A stretch of DNA of 63,993 nucleotides, filler included, from Octopus bimaculoides (taxonomy: Eukaryota), in NCBI RefSeq assembly GCF_001194135.2. It is 8 parts of 7 records of this genome, joined end to end, with 100 filler letters (N's around TTAATTAATTAA, not from the genome) between each part and the next. Parts side by side here need not be neighbours in the genome. Positions count along the whole stretch, not along the records: positions 52,172 to 56,604 come from NW_026361396.1; positions 56,705 to 58,181 come from NC_068981.1; positions 58,282 to 61,479 come from NC_069006.1; positions 61,580 to 62,803 come from NW_026395756.1; positions 62,904 to 63,993 come from NC_068991.1; 3 more parts are not named here. One strand, written 5' to 3'. Positions within the stretch are counted from its first letter, which is position 1, and the number at the start of each line of letters is the position of its first letter. A program made the translations under genes and the position numbers. Under the pieces are notes generated by a model. It did no database searches and was not told the DNA's origin. It saw only the letters and a program-made list of their open reading frames with translations. Shown in pieces: positions 52,345 through 63,993 of this stretch.

Positions 52345-54315
52345 CAGTGGATTTGCAGAATTGGTAGAAAATCAGATAAAATGACTGTCATATTCAGTTA
52401 TGTCTTTATGTTCTGATTTAACATTCCTTTAAAGGTAACTCTGCCTTTCATTCCTATGGGTTTGGTAAAATAAGTACCGGTCACATACTGAGTCAATTTT
52501 AACTATAATCTTCCCTAATATTTGAGACTTTGTGTCTTTGTTAATAATTAATATTATTCCTGCAGTAAATGGATCACTGTCGGTTTCAGTGATGGTTCAG
52601 TCATCTGAGCTACCTGATAAGTGGCTGGGTATCTCACAGACACATTTACACTTAATGTCATTTTCTAGTAAAATGAGTATGACCAAGACTGGACCTTTGA
52701 ATTATTGGTCTATTTAATGGGCTTCCACACTGTTTCTGGCCACCTTAATTTCATTCGCAAGACTTGGCTCATCCCAAGATTATGATATAAAAAAAGACAC
52801 TTGCTTATGATGCCACACAATGGAATTGAAAATAGTACCTTGTAATTGCATATAGCCTATAGAAAAAGATGCAAATCAAATAATTCTGTTTTGGAATAAC
52901 GGATGACAACGCTATAATAGCATGTAAATGTTGGATCAAAATCCCTTTTGGACAGGAAAAGTTGAAGGCTTCTTGTGGGACTCAAACCAACATCTCCTGT
53001 AAACAGGATAATCTGATGTTCTATCATTTTAGAAATGTTATTCTTACCAGTAGGAATAATGTTAATGTCCTAAGAATTACTGCAAGAGAATTGAACTAAG
53101 TATTTTCTTTTTTTGTCTTTTTTGAACAATGGATCCTGAAGCAAAAAAAGCTATAAATAGTAGCATGTAAATATTTGATTAAAAACTCTTTGGATACAAA
53201 AAGTTGAAGGCCACCTGTGTGACTTGAACCATACACAAAGCAGTACAGTAGTTTAGATTATTATGAAAAGTGGTGATCATTGAACAACTATGAGGTTCCT
53301 TCTAGATAGATTTGTAAGGTCACTGCAGTGACAGTCAGTGCATCTCAGGCATGTAAACGTGGCAAAACCCATCCTTCTCCAGGTCTGAACACAGCTGATT
53401 TCTTGAGGGACAAGAAGAAATCAACCTTAGTAATGTACTACTACTTATCGACCCAGAGATAATGAAAGATAAAGTTGATCTCAGTGAGATTTGAACACAA
53501 GTATAGCAACTCAAATGAATACTGCAAAGCCTTGTATCTAACATTCTAAAAACTCTGTCAACTCACTATCTAAATCTGATGTTAGCTTCTGCTAAACGAA
53601 GTTCTATTCATAACTGGATGCTTATTTCTGATTGAAAGCCATTCAACCATATTGGAATCNNNNNNNNNNNNNNNNNNNNNNNNNNNNNNNNNNNNNNNNN
53701 NNNNNNNNNNNNNNNNNNNNNNNNNNNNNNNNNNNNNNNNNNNNNNNNNNNNNNNNNNNNNNNNNNNNNNNNNNNNNNNNNNNNNNNNNNNNNNNNNNNN
53801 NNNNNNNNNNNNNNNNNNNNNNNNNNNNNNNNNNNNNNNNNNNNNNNNNNNNNNNNNNNNNNNNNNNNNNNNNNNNNNNNNNNNNNNNNNNNNNNNNNNN
53901 NNNNNNNNNNNNNNNNNNNNNNNNNNNNNNNNNNNNNNNNNNNNNNNNNNNNNNNNNNNNNNNNNNNNNNNNNNNNNNNNNNNNNNNNNNNNNNNNNNAG
54001 GAAAAGGCAAAGGCTGATACAGCTAGGCACCAGTGACGTCGCAACTCATTTCTATGGCTGAGTGAACTGGAGCAACATGAAATAAAGTGTTTTGCTCAAG
54101 AACACAACACACAACCCTGTCGGGGAATCGAACTCACTGCCTCATGTTGCTCTAACCACTAAGACATGCATCATGAAAGACTAATATTAATATTAATTAT
54201 TAGAGACTCTCTTTAATCCTTTCTACTCAAGGCACAAGGCCCGACATTTTGGGGGAGGGGGCCAGTCGATTAGATCGCCTCCAACTGGTGCTCAATTTAT
54301 CGTCCCCGAAAGGAT
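52345..54315. mobile_element. field of old degraded SINE copies (families A, B, C)
   Basis: Recognisable family A blocks at ~52345-52545 (+), ~53425-53560 (-) and ~54218-54315 (-); family C at ~54030-54175 (-). Confidence 0.6.
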
Positions 54316-54891
54316 AAGAACTCTCTTTAATAATTAAATGAAGGTGCCTATTTATGCTAGCATTTAGCCTCGCTTTCACCCACAGAAATGTGTTTTGGGT
54401 TGCAGCAATAACTTTCAAATATTAACGTCCCCTACCGCGATGTTTAACAGAGGGAGTGTACAAAACTCTTTATTTCATTTATTTATTCATTTTCCTTTAC
54501 ATTTATGTTCTCCACTCTCCCAACTTTTTATAGTAAATTTTCGTACTTGGATGAATAGAATCTATATATTATTCTCAATACGTTAGTCATCTCGGTGAGT
54601 AAAAACATTAAAATGACATTGTCAAGTCCAAAAATTTTGTATTAAATGGCACAATTTATCACAATTCTCCATGAGACAAGCATACATATAAAATATGTTA
54701 CCTCTATATTTTTTAAAAATTAAAACATTCTAAATAAAATTTTACGCTATTTAACAATATATTATAAGAATTGGATGACATATGACGGCTCGGTCATCTC
54801 TCCCCAGTTCTTACATTAATCATTACAATCCAGAAATAGAACAACACGAGGGATAACGGTAACAACATATCAATAATTTATTCTAGGTTGG

Positions 54892-56604
54892 TGTAGAGCC
54901 GTTTCGTTCCTGGGTGAACAGGAATGCCGCTAGAATACCAAGGAAGCTTCGACCACATGTCGAGTGGAGAGAGCACTGGGAGATACGTGTTGTCACCACC
55001 GCTGCTAGATAGAGAAGAGGACGAACGCTATTGCTCTCTCTCCACCTGTTGCCTTGCGCATGCGTGCCAGGGTACTTCCGCTGACGGCAAGTCCCTTGCA
55101 CATGCGCAATGGAACNNNNNNNNNNNNNNNNNNNNNNNNNNNNNNNNNNNNNNNNNNNNNNNNNNNNNNNNNNNNNNNNNNNNNNNNNNNNNNNNNNNNN
55201 NNNNNNNNNNNNNNNNNNNNNNNNNNNNNNNNNNNNNNNNNNNNNNNNNNNNNNNNNNNNNNNNNNNNNNNNNNNNNNNNNNNNNNNNNNNNNNNNNNNN
55301 NNNNNNNNNNNNNNNNNNNNNNNNNNNNNNNNNNNNNNNNNNNNNNNNNNNNNNNNNNNNNNNNNNNNNNNNNNNNNNNNNNNNNNNNNNNNNNNNNNNN
55401 NNNNNNNNNNNNNNNNNNNNNNNNNNNNNNNNNNNNNNNNNNNNNNNNNNNNNNNNNNNNNNNNNNNNNNNNNNNNNNNNNNNNNNNNNNNNNNNNNNNN
55501 NNNNNNNNNNNNNNNNNNNNNNNNNNNNNNNNNNNNNNNNNNNNNNNNNNNNNNNNNNNNNNNNNNNNNNNNNNNNNNNNNNNNNNNNNNNNNNNNNNNN
55601 NNNNNNNNNNNNNNNNNNNNNNNNNNNNNNNNNNNNNNNNNNNNNNNNNNNNNNNNNNNNNNNNNNNNNNNNNNNNNNNNNNNNNNNNNNNNNNNNNNNN
55701 NNNNNNNNNNNNNNNNNNNNNNNNNNNNNNNNNNNNNNNNNNNNNNNNNNNNNNNNNNNNNNNNNNNNNNNNNNNNNNNNNNNNNNNNNNNNNNNNNNNN
55801 NNNNNNNNNNNNNNNNNNNNNNNNNNNNNNNNNNNNNNNNNNNNNNNNNNNNNNNNNNNNNNNATGTATATTGTTTTGGAAAGTTTCTTTGGCCAATGCA
55901 CTGTCCGGCCAGATCTAGTGCATAAGGGTCACTTGAGTTTTGTCGCAACGACGAAGGTGGAGTGGTTTCTGGTGTGTGTGTTTGTGATGGTATTGACGTT
56001 GGTGTATGCATTGGTAAAGATGTTGACAGTGGTGTGTGTGGTGGTAATGATGTTGACAGTGGTGTGTGCGGTGTTTGAAAAGCGGGCACGTCGTCCACGG
56101 AAGTTGAGGGTTTGTCAAGGTACGCTTTTTTCAGACGGTCGACAGACACAATCTCTGTACGACCATTAGCGTCATCAAAGGGTCCTTTATAGGGAGAAAC
56201 AATGGGTCCTTTGACAGAATCATCCCTAATAAACACGTGAGACCAAGACTCAATGTCTGCTGGCACTTGAGAGGAAGGTGACTGTTGTCTGGGACCCATA
56301 GCCGGAAGATTTGAGAAATACTCCCGTAACCGAGTAACATAGGACTCTGGATGTGGTGGTTGTGACGAGTCTGGTACCACCATCGTACCAGGCAACGCCA
56401 GTGTGGTACCGTAAAGAAGCTCCGCCGAGGAGAAACCCAGGTCAGCTTTGACCGCAGTCCGGCATCCAAGGAGGACGACCGGAAGATATTCAACCCAAGA
56501 CTGCGGGTTGGGCGAGGCGCGTAAGGCAGCCTTAAGTTGCCTATGAAATCACTTAACCATCCCATTAGAAGCGGGATGGTAGCTGGTGGTGCGTATACGA
56601 TGCA
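54892..56604 (-). mobile_element. Ty3/Gypsy LTR retrotransposon 3' part (integrase, GPY/F region, probable 3' LTR)
   Basis: Minus: RTTSYHPASNGMVK*FHRQLKAAL...WVEYLPVVLLG...SSAELLYG, then PYKGPF and VSVDRLKKA; GC-rich LTR-like block ending ...ACA at 54892; LTR interior in a gap. Confidence 0.85.
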
Positions 56605-58379
56605 NNNNNNNNNNNNNNNNNNNNNNNNNNNNNNNNNNNNNNNNNNNNTTAATTAATTAANNNNNNNNNNNNNNNNNNNNNNNNNNNNNNNNNNNNNNNN
56701 NNNNATAACCTATATAAAATTTTATCAAGTAGATATAATGGAATGAACCATGTAGGTAAAAATTAATACAAAGTATATAATTCTAAAAATATATTTATAA
56801 GAAGGGGAAGTACTGAGTAACGTCACATGTTAAAATTAGATGTCATATGGCTCAGAAACTAGCTTATTTATCACAGACACGGGCTGAATCTGAGGTGGGT
56901 GAACAAAAACAATATTTTAGCCGTAGATCGATTTCAAGTTTAGGGATTTAATTAATATCTTCTACTGTCATCAGTATCACATATTATAGTAATTTATACA
57001 TTGCATACGAACGCAAAGTATCCATAGTGCATATACAAATATTCACATTTATAAACAAGTTATATCTAGTTCGTTCATCTCAGCCAAGTGTGAAAAATCA
57101 AAATAATTCAGCAGTGAATAAATTCATTGAAGTGATTCATATTTATCATTGAAATCAAGGATGAAATCATTATATGATTTCATCAAGTAGCTTGCATGTA
57201 ATAATTCATTTAGGTAAGAATTGATACAAAGTATATAATCTTAGAAAGACAACACCAACATCCTCTCAACGATTAGCCAGAGATAATTTTGGGAATGAGA
57301 ATGTCTTAAATAAACTCGAATAGTCTCACAAACGAGAATACTGAAAATGAAACCGACTTGTCTCTAAAATTAATTAAAAAAATCCAGCATCCTTATACAG
57401 GGTGACCCAAATGTAGATTTACAGTTATTACGTAGGCACTTTAAATTCCTTTTAAGACATTCTATTACATTTAAATTTCTATCTTACAATTAGCTAAATT
57501 AGCATAGAATAATGGTTTCATGTGATTTTGTAATTAAGATCGAAAGTGTTATCTGAAAGCGAAAGATTTAGTTGAATAACTATTAACCTACTTTAGGGCC
57601 GCCCTATATAATATAAGGGAGATAATCTTGGAAAGACTTGAAATACTTCATATAAAGTAAAGTAAATACAACAAGTAATCCAGACACCTTGTCCGGTACT
57701 GGATCGATCCCAAAATCTAAGGAGCTCGTGCCAGTCACAGGGCCGAACATCATTAAAAGTTTTATCCGAATTCATCCAGTGGTTCTTGACATAGCTGGTT
57801 CACAGACAAGCAAACACACATGACTGAAAATAATACATCCGTCTTCGCTTTAGATACGAGCTGAAAGTAGAATTAACTTGTATATACGAATTAGATTGAA
57901 CTTGTATATAAATGTGAGCATTTGCATATGCGTTGTGTTCATATGATATGTATAAATGATTATAATTATGCACTCTGAGTTATGTCATGCTGCTGACGGT
58001 AAAGGGTCTTACATCTCTAAACTAGAAATCGATTTATGGCTAACACTTTTTAAAACTCTTTTTAATTCACCTCCCTCGCTTTCAGACTGCATCTATGTGA
58101 TAAATAAAGTAGTTTTAGAAACAGTTGGTGTCTACTTCTAGCATATGGCGCTACTCAGAAGTTGCGACTCTCTCTCTTATANNNNNNNNNNNNNNNNNNN
58201 NNNNNNNNNNNNNNNNNNNNNNNNNTTAATTAATTAANNNNNNNNNNNNNNNNNNNNNNNNNNNNNNNNNNNNNNNNNNNNGTTCATGTTAAAAGTTGTC
58301 GTATTTCGGTAATTTCAACCAATCACTGACGTCTATTGAGGTGAAAACAATTACTGCTGTGGTTTGTCAACAACACGTT

Positions 58380-58760
58380 GTGGCAGTGTAATGGGATCTT
58401 TTCCCTTGAATAAAATTACTGCCGTTGTTTGTCAACAACAACCATCGGCGGTGCTGTTATTTATAACATCGTTCGTGCGTTTGTACTGGGTTTAGCTTTA
58501 GGGTTTTAGGGTTCGGGTTACGAGTATTTTTGCCAAATTTGATAAAAAAATTTGTGGCGGTGTATTGAACAGATTTTCACCAAATTTGGCAAAAATACTA
58601 ATAACCCCAACCCTAACCATAAAACCCTAACCCTAATACCCTAAAGCTAAAACCAGTACAAACGCACGAACGATGTCATAAATAACAGTACCGCCGATAG
58701 TTATTGTTGACAAACAACGGCAATAATTCTATTCAAGGGAAAAGATCCATTTACACCACC
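58380..58760. mobile_element. foldback element with telomere-like repeats in both arms
   Basis: Arms ~58380-58541 and ~58580-58760 are reverse complements; TTTAGGG/TTCGGG in the left arm, CCCTAA runs in the right. Confidence 0.85.
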
Positions 58761-58771
58761 ATGCGCGCATG

Positions 58772-58924
58772 CACACACACACTCACACACAAGCTAAGAG
58801 AAAGCTTTTTTTGTATAGATGAGCTTGTACTTCATTGCATAACATAGTCACACACACTCACACACACAAGCTAAGAGAAAGCTTTTTTTGTATAGATGAG
58901 CTTGTACGTCATTGCATAACATAG

Positions 58925-58930
<6 letters not shown>
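58772..58930 (+). repeat. 77-bp tandem duplication
   Basis: AAGCTAAGAGAAAGC... starts at 58791 and 58868; nearly identical. Confidence 0.9.
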
Positions 58931-58960
<30 letters not shown>

Positions 58961-59126
58961 TCATCCATCTTCTCACTACTTTCTACCTTTCCACTACACC
59001 CATTTGTCACAGTTCTTCACAAGGTAAGGAAGGCCTTTTTTCTTATTGCTATTTTATATGTGTAGTATTGTATTTGCTTTTTTATATATATGCATATGAG
59101 TATGGAAATATATGAGTGTGTGTGTG

Positions 59127-59185
<59 letters not shown>

Positions 59186-60789
59186 ATATTTATATAAATA
59201 AGGATAAGATCGATATTTAAAATATTGATCTTATCAAGTGGTCAGCATGGGAATNNNNNNNNNNNNNNNNNNNNNNNNNNNNNNNNNNNNNNNNNNNNNN
59301 NNNNNNNNNNNNNNNNNNNNNNNNNNNNNNNNNNNNNNNNNNNNNNNNNNNNNNNNNNNNNNNNNNNNNNNNNNNNNNNNNNNNNNNNNNNNNNNNNNNN
59401 NNNNNNNNNNNNNNNNNNNNNNNNNNNNNNNNNNNNNNNNNNNNNNNNNNNNNNNNNNNNNNNNNNNNNNNNNNNNNNNNNNNNNNNNNNNNNNNNNNNN
59501 NNNNNNNNNNNNNNNNNNNNNNNNNNNNNNNNNNNNNNNNNNNNNNNNNNNNNNNNNNNNNNNNNNNNNNNNNNNNNNNNNNNNNNNNNNNNNNNNNNNN
59601 NNNNNNNNNNNNNNNNNNNNNNNNNNNNNNNNNNNNNNNNNNNNNNNNNNNNNNNNNNNNNNNNNNNNNNNNNNNNNNNNNNNNNNNNNNNNNNNNNNNN
59701 NNNNNNNNNNNNNNNNNNNNNNNNNNNNNNNNNNNNNNNNNNNNNNNNNNNNNNNNNNNNNNNNNNNNNNNNNNNNNNNNNNNNNNNNNNNNNNNNNNNN
59801 NNNNNNNNNNNNNNNNNNNNNNNNNNNNNNNNNNNNNNNNNNNNNNNNNNNNNNNNNNNNNNNNNNNNNNNNNNNNNNNNNNNNNNNNNNNNNNNNNNNN
59901 NNNNNNNNNNNNNNNNNNNNNNNNNNNNNNNNNNNNNNNNNNNNNNNNNNNNNNNNNNNNNNNNNNNNNNNNNNNNNNNNNNNNNNNNNNNNNNNNNNNN
60001 NNNNNNNNNNNNNNNNNNNNNNNNNNNNNNNNNNNNNNNNNNNNNNNNNNNNNNNNNNNNNNNNNNNNNNNNNNNNNNNNNNNNNNNNNNNNNNNNNNNN
60101 NNNNNNNNNNNNNNNNNNNNNNNNNNNNNNNNNNNNNNNNNNNNNNNNNNNNNNNNNNNNNNNNNNNNNNNNNNNNNNNNNNNNNNNNNNNNNNNNNNNN
60201 NNNNNNNNNNNTAAGTATAGAAAACAATTAAATTTTGGAAAAATTAAAAGAAAAGTTTTTTAAAAAGAATATTTGCATAGTATTCAAATACAAGGGGCGT
60301 TTTCCTTGTTTCTGCCTGTTTCTATCTCTCTTGCTTACTCTTGTGTGTTTGAAGTCATTGTGAATTCTTGGTAGGGAAGAAGGAATAGGAGAAGGAGGAG
60401 GAGAAGAAGAAGAATGCGGGAGTGCCATGATAGTAGTATGTTAAATGGTCAAGTGTCCTGAAGATGACCTGTTGTGGATGATAGTAGGGAAAACATCTCT
60501 TTTGAATGTTTTGTTTATAAGATTTGTGTAGGTGTTATTCTAAACAGCAATAGTGGTAAAGTTAGGAAGGAGGTGGCGGAGAGGAAGGAGAAGAAGAAGA
60601 AGAAAGAGAAGGGAGAATAAGAAGGAATGTAGGTGGTATGATAGTAGTAAGGTGTTAAATGGTCTAGTGACCTAAAAGTGGCTCATTATGTATTATAACG
60701 GTGATTGGGACTGTTTTTTTAATGAATTCTTAGGAATCTCTCGAGTGTGTCATTTTTAGTATTTGCGTTGTGTGTTTGTTTTATTCTAA

Positions 60790-61300
60790 GGCCACAGTGG
60801 ATATGTCCTTTGACCAAGCCACTGTTTACAATGTTAAACATTTCGATAGAAGATCCATTTTTCGCCACCAGTCACAAATCTATCCAAAAAGGGTGAAATG
60901 AGTTCGCGAGAATGGAGAAAAGAGCAGATGAGCATATGTCAACTTGGGATTTGAAGTTGCTTTCAGACAATTCATGAGGCACCCATTTTCCAAGTTTAGG
61001 AACCTTTCCAAGTTGTTGAAGACAATGACGAACAGTTGTATGGTTTGAACTAAGCTTTATTGTCAATTCTTCAACTGATAATGCAGGATTTTCTTCAAGT
61101 AATGCCTCAAGGAGCTTCTCATCAAACTCAACTGGACGTCCTGTTCGATCTTCATCTTCAAGGCTGAAATCTCCATTTCTGAATTTTGCAAACCATCTTC
61201 TGCAAGTTGTTTCATTCAAGCATTCTTTCCCATAAAATGAGTGTATGTTTCGAGTCGCTTTGGCTGAAGAGTTTCCTTTTTTTGTACTTATAAAGCATTA
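60790..61300 (-). mobile_element. mariner transposase fragment (HTH to first catalytic motif)
   Basis: TCRRWFAKFRNGDFSLEDEDRTGRP...LGKWVPHEL...FLDRFVTGGEKW (TGDEKW mutated); frameshifted. Confidence 0.92.
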
Positions 61301-61319
61301 TGTGCCTCAAATGTGCTTC

Positions 61320-61479
61320 ATCATAGATTAGCTACTGTCATCTCAGCCTATGCACCTCAACCGGGGCTACCAGATGGTCTGAAAGACCAATTCTATGATA
61401 CCCTCTTGCAAACTACCTCGTTGACGAGTGACAGGGACCTTCGCTTTGTGGCTGGAGACTTCAACGGTCATGTCGGACG
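61320..61479 (+). mobile_element. APE endonuclease fragment of an RTE-type LINE
   Basis: ISAYAPQPGL...FY...VAGDFNGHVG; cut by a linker gap. Confidence 0.82.
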
Positions 61480-62624
61480 NNNNNNNNNNNNNNNNNNNNN
61501 NNNNNNNNNNNNNNNNNNNNNNNTTAATTAATTAANNNNNNNNNNNNNNNNNNNNNNNNNNNNNNNNNNNNNNNNNNNNATATATATATATATTTAAGTA
61601 GAGGGAGACGTTTCCGTGACCGTGCTTGTGGCTGAGTAAGACTAAATTTGAGAACAAGCATGTTCTCTTGTGCACCTTATGCACCAGAGTGTGTCGATCA
61701 GACAGAAGGCTCACAGATGCTCGAGCTGTTCCTGGAGGGTTGACTTGTGGTCGTTGTGGAATGACTTGTAGGTCTCTTGCAAATATTAAGGGCTATATAA
61801 GCTACTAAATTCTGCTACAGTTTATCGGTTGTTGAATGCACATCTTGACTACAATGACAGAAAAGCTATCACAATTACTAGCTATCTAACTGTGCACTTG
61901 TCCCCTTAATCATAAACTTGATATCAAACTGCTAGCACAAAAATATGATGTGCAATTATTTGTATTTAAAATGCAGCAAATTATATTTGCCTGAAATCTA
62001 AAATGCACCTAACTATACATAGGTGTATCTGAGTAAACTTTTAAGGGTTATTTCACGAATCACTTAACTACTGAACAGTAAGGAAAAGGGCAGTCGCATT
62101 AATTTCATAATTTCTTGATTCTTATTAGTTTACAGCAACGAATAATTTTCTACAATATCTGCAATAAGGAGACGTTTTAATTCTAACTAAAAGTACAGAC
62201 ACTCTATACAGGAAGAGCGCTTTAAAATGTAAATGTCGTCATAAAATAACTTTTAATGTTTAGCAATATCAGAACAAATGAACTACATTAAGCTGTCAGC
62301 AAGACAGTGTTCCACATCCGGAAGTTAAAATTATAAGACTACAATCTGGAAGAAAGGAAGAGGAAATCCACAACATGTCACTGATTTAATTCAGTATAAT
62401 GTGACTCCTATGGAGAATTCTAAGTAGTGATCTCTGTCTGCAAATTGTTACCGGAAAAGAAAGTCTGAGTAACTAGATGTAAGGAGCCTGAACTAACAAA
62501 TACAATAAATTTACACTTAAATGTTAGCCTCTCGCTATTTTATCCACGGACATTTTTTTCGAAGTAGGACTACATGCAAACATAATTTCACAATAACACA
62601 CACGTACATGCAAACACAATTATA

Positions 62625-62803
62625 TTCTTTTCTACTCTAGGCACAAGGCCTGAAATTTATTGTGGAGGGGGCTAGTCGATCAGATCGACTCCAGTACGAA
62701 ACTGTTACTTAATTTATTGACCCCGGGAGGACGAAAGGTAAAGTCGACCTCGTCAGAATTTGAACGCAGAACGTAAAGACAGACGAAATACCGCTAAGCA
62801 TTT
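62625..62803 (-). mobile_element. SINE family A
   Basis: Near-consensus reverse complement; head lost in the gap. Confidence 0.85.
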
Positions 62804-62959
62804 NNNNNNNNNNNNNNNNNNNNNNNNNNNNNNNNNNNNNNNNNNNNTTAATTAATTAANNNNNNNNNNNNNNNNNNNNNNNNNNNNNNNNNNNNNNNNN
62901 NNNTTAAGTTGTTACGGCTGAAATTCCTACATTAAATTCTAAAGTTTTTATGTGAGGCA

Positions 62960-62997
<38 letters not shown>

Positions 62998-63436
62998 AAT
63001 ATATATACATATATATATAGAAATATATATATATATACACATATACATTTATATATACATATGTGTATACATATATGCATACATACACACGCACACACAT
63101 ACACATACACACATACATACATGTGTATGTGTGTGCGTGTATATATATGTAGGTATTGAAGAATAATTATATATTTGTATAATAACTACGCGTGCATGCG
63201 TGTGTAAATATATACATACTTTTATGCATACATATAATAGATATTTATATATGCATATATTAAAATACACGTCGGTGCACAAAAAGACACACATATATAT
63301 GCGCACACTAACTGGCACATGTGCTTACATTGGCTGGCACACATAAATATACATGCATATAAATGCGGAGATAAATATTCAAAGGTTTGTGGAGAATAAT
63401 AATAATCGAATGGTCGACGCACAAATAGATAGATAA

Positions 63437-63469
<33 letters not shown>

Positions 63470-63993
63470 AAGGTGGAGGAAAAGAGGGATGTAGGGAGAT
63501 ACACAAATGCAGAGAAAGATACATATATATATATATGTATGTATGTATGTGTGTATATATATATGCATGAGAATAGGCTCCCACCAGAATTTCTTATAAG
63601 TCGGAACCAGTTTTCCGCAAAATGAATTTTCGGAGTCTCAAAGGACGCCGATTATATATCAAAGTTAAGAAATGGAAGAGTTGATACTCAGAATTTGGTA
63701 ATGAAAGTGTTGAAAGTCTTTCCATCGTTGCTGTATGTGAAGGAATGTGTGTGTGTGTGTGTTTTAGTGTGTGTTGAAGTTTGTATCTCTATATATGAAA
63801 GTATATGTGTGTGTGTGTGTGTGTATGTAAGTTTATGTTTGTTGGAGAAATACTAACGCTGCACCAAAATATGCCACCGGAGATAAAGTTTTTAAACGTA
63901 CATACTTAAGCAGACCCCCCCCACACACACACACATATTGGAAAGCAGTAATGTATATAAATATTTCAATTTGCATACACAAATGTATACAAT

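Noticed and set aside
56921-56980. Minus-strand CTGATGA...GAAATCGATC fold
   Set aside because: Helix I has only 2 bp and helix II is weak; could be a decayed HHR but is not supportable.
58490-58650. True telomere or chromosome end
   Set aside because: Only a few degenerate units, internal to an inverted repeat.
60420-60700. CTGAAGATGACC and a short direct repeat
   Set aside because: No matching GGTC-GAAAC; possibly a Penelope relic, but the fold cannot be completed.
61610-61808. Cys-rich CxxC...CxxC ORF as a zinc-finger gene
   Set aside because: No complete C2H2 spacing; may be a LINE C-terminus; context lost at the linker.

Overview
AT-rich, gap-riddled eukaryotic draft sequence, saturated with microsatellites and retroposons. 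The repeat content (tRNA-derived CORE-like and Nin-like SINEs, R4/Dong-, CR1-, RTE-, Tx1-, Penelope-, Gypsy-, Tc1/mariner- and hAT-type relics) points to an octopod cephalopod; this is inference from remembered repeat families, not a database hit. Seven synthetic N44-TTAATTAATTAA-N44 linkers show the window is several scaffolds joined together, so adjacency across them is unproven. Almost all long ORFs in the track are artefacts of N-runs or microsatellites. No CRISPR array, rRNA or genuine tRNA gene was seen. The main finding, read by eye, is about 14 type-I hammerhead-ribozyme (HHR)-like folds on both strands. Five keep an intact CUGANGA/GAAA/UH core, and most have the palindromic helix III typical of Penelope-like elements and retrozymes. 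They include a four-copy ~190-bp family that has lost core A6 in every copy, two HHR-bearing foldbacks, and one HHR between direct repeats. Other observations: a CORE-like SINE shares its 3' tail with a CR1 LINE in the same window; R4/Dong-like LINEs repeatedly abut (TAA)n/(TAC)n arrays; one foldback carries telomere-like repeats; and there is a candidate phase-compatible multi-exon minus-strand gene of unrecognised product.
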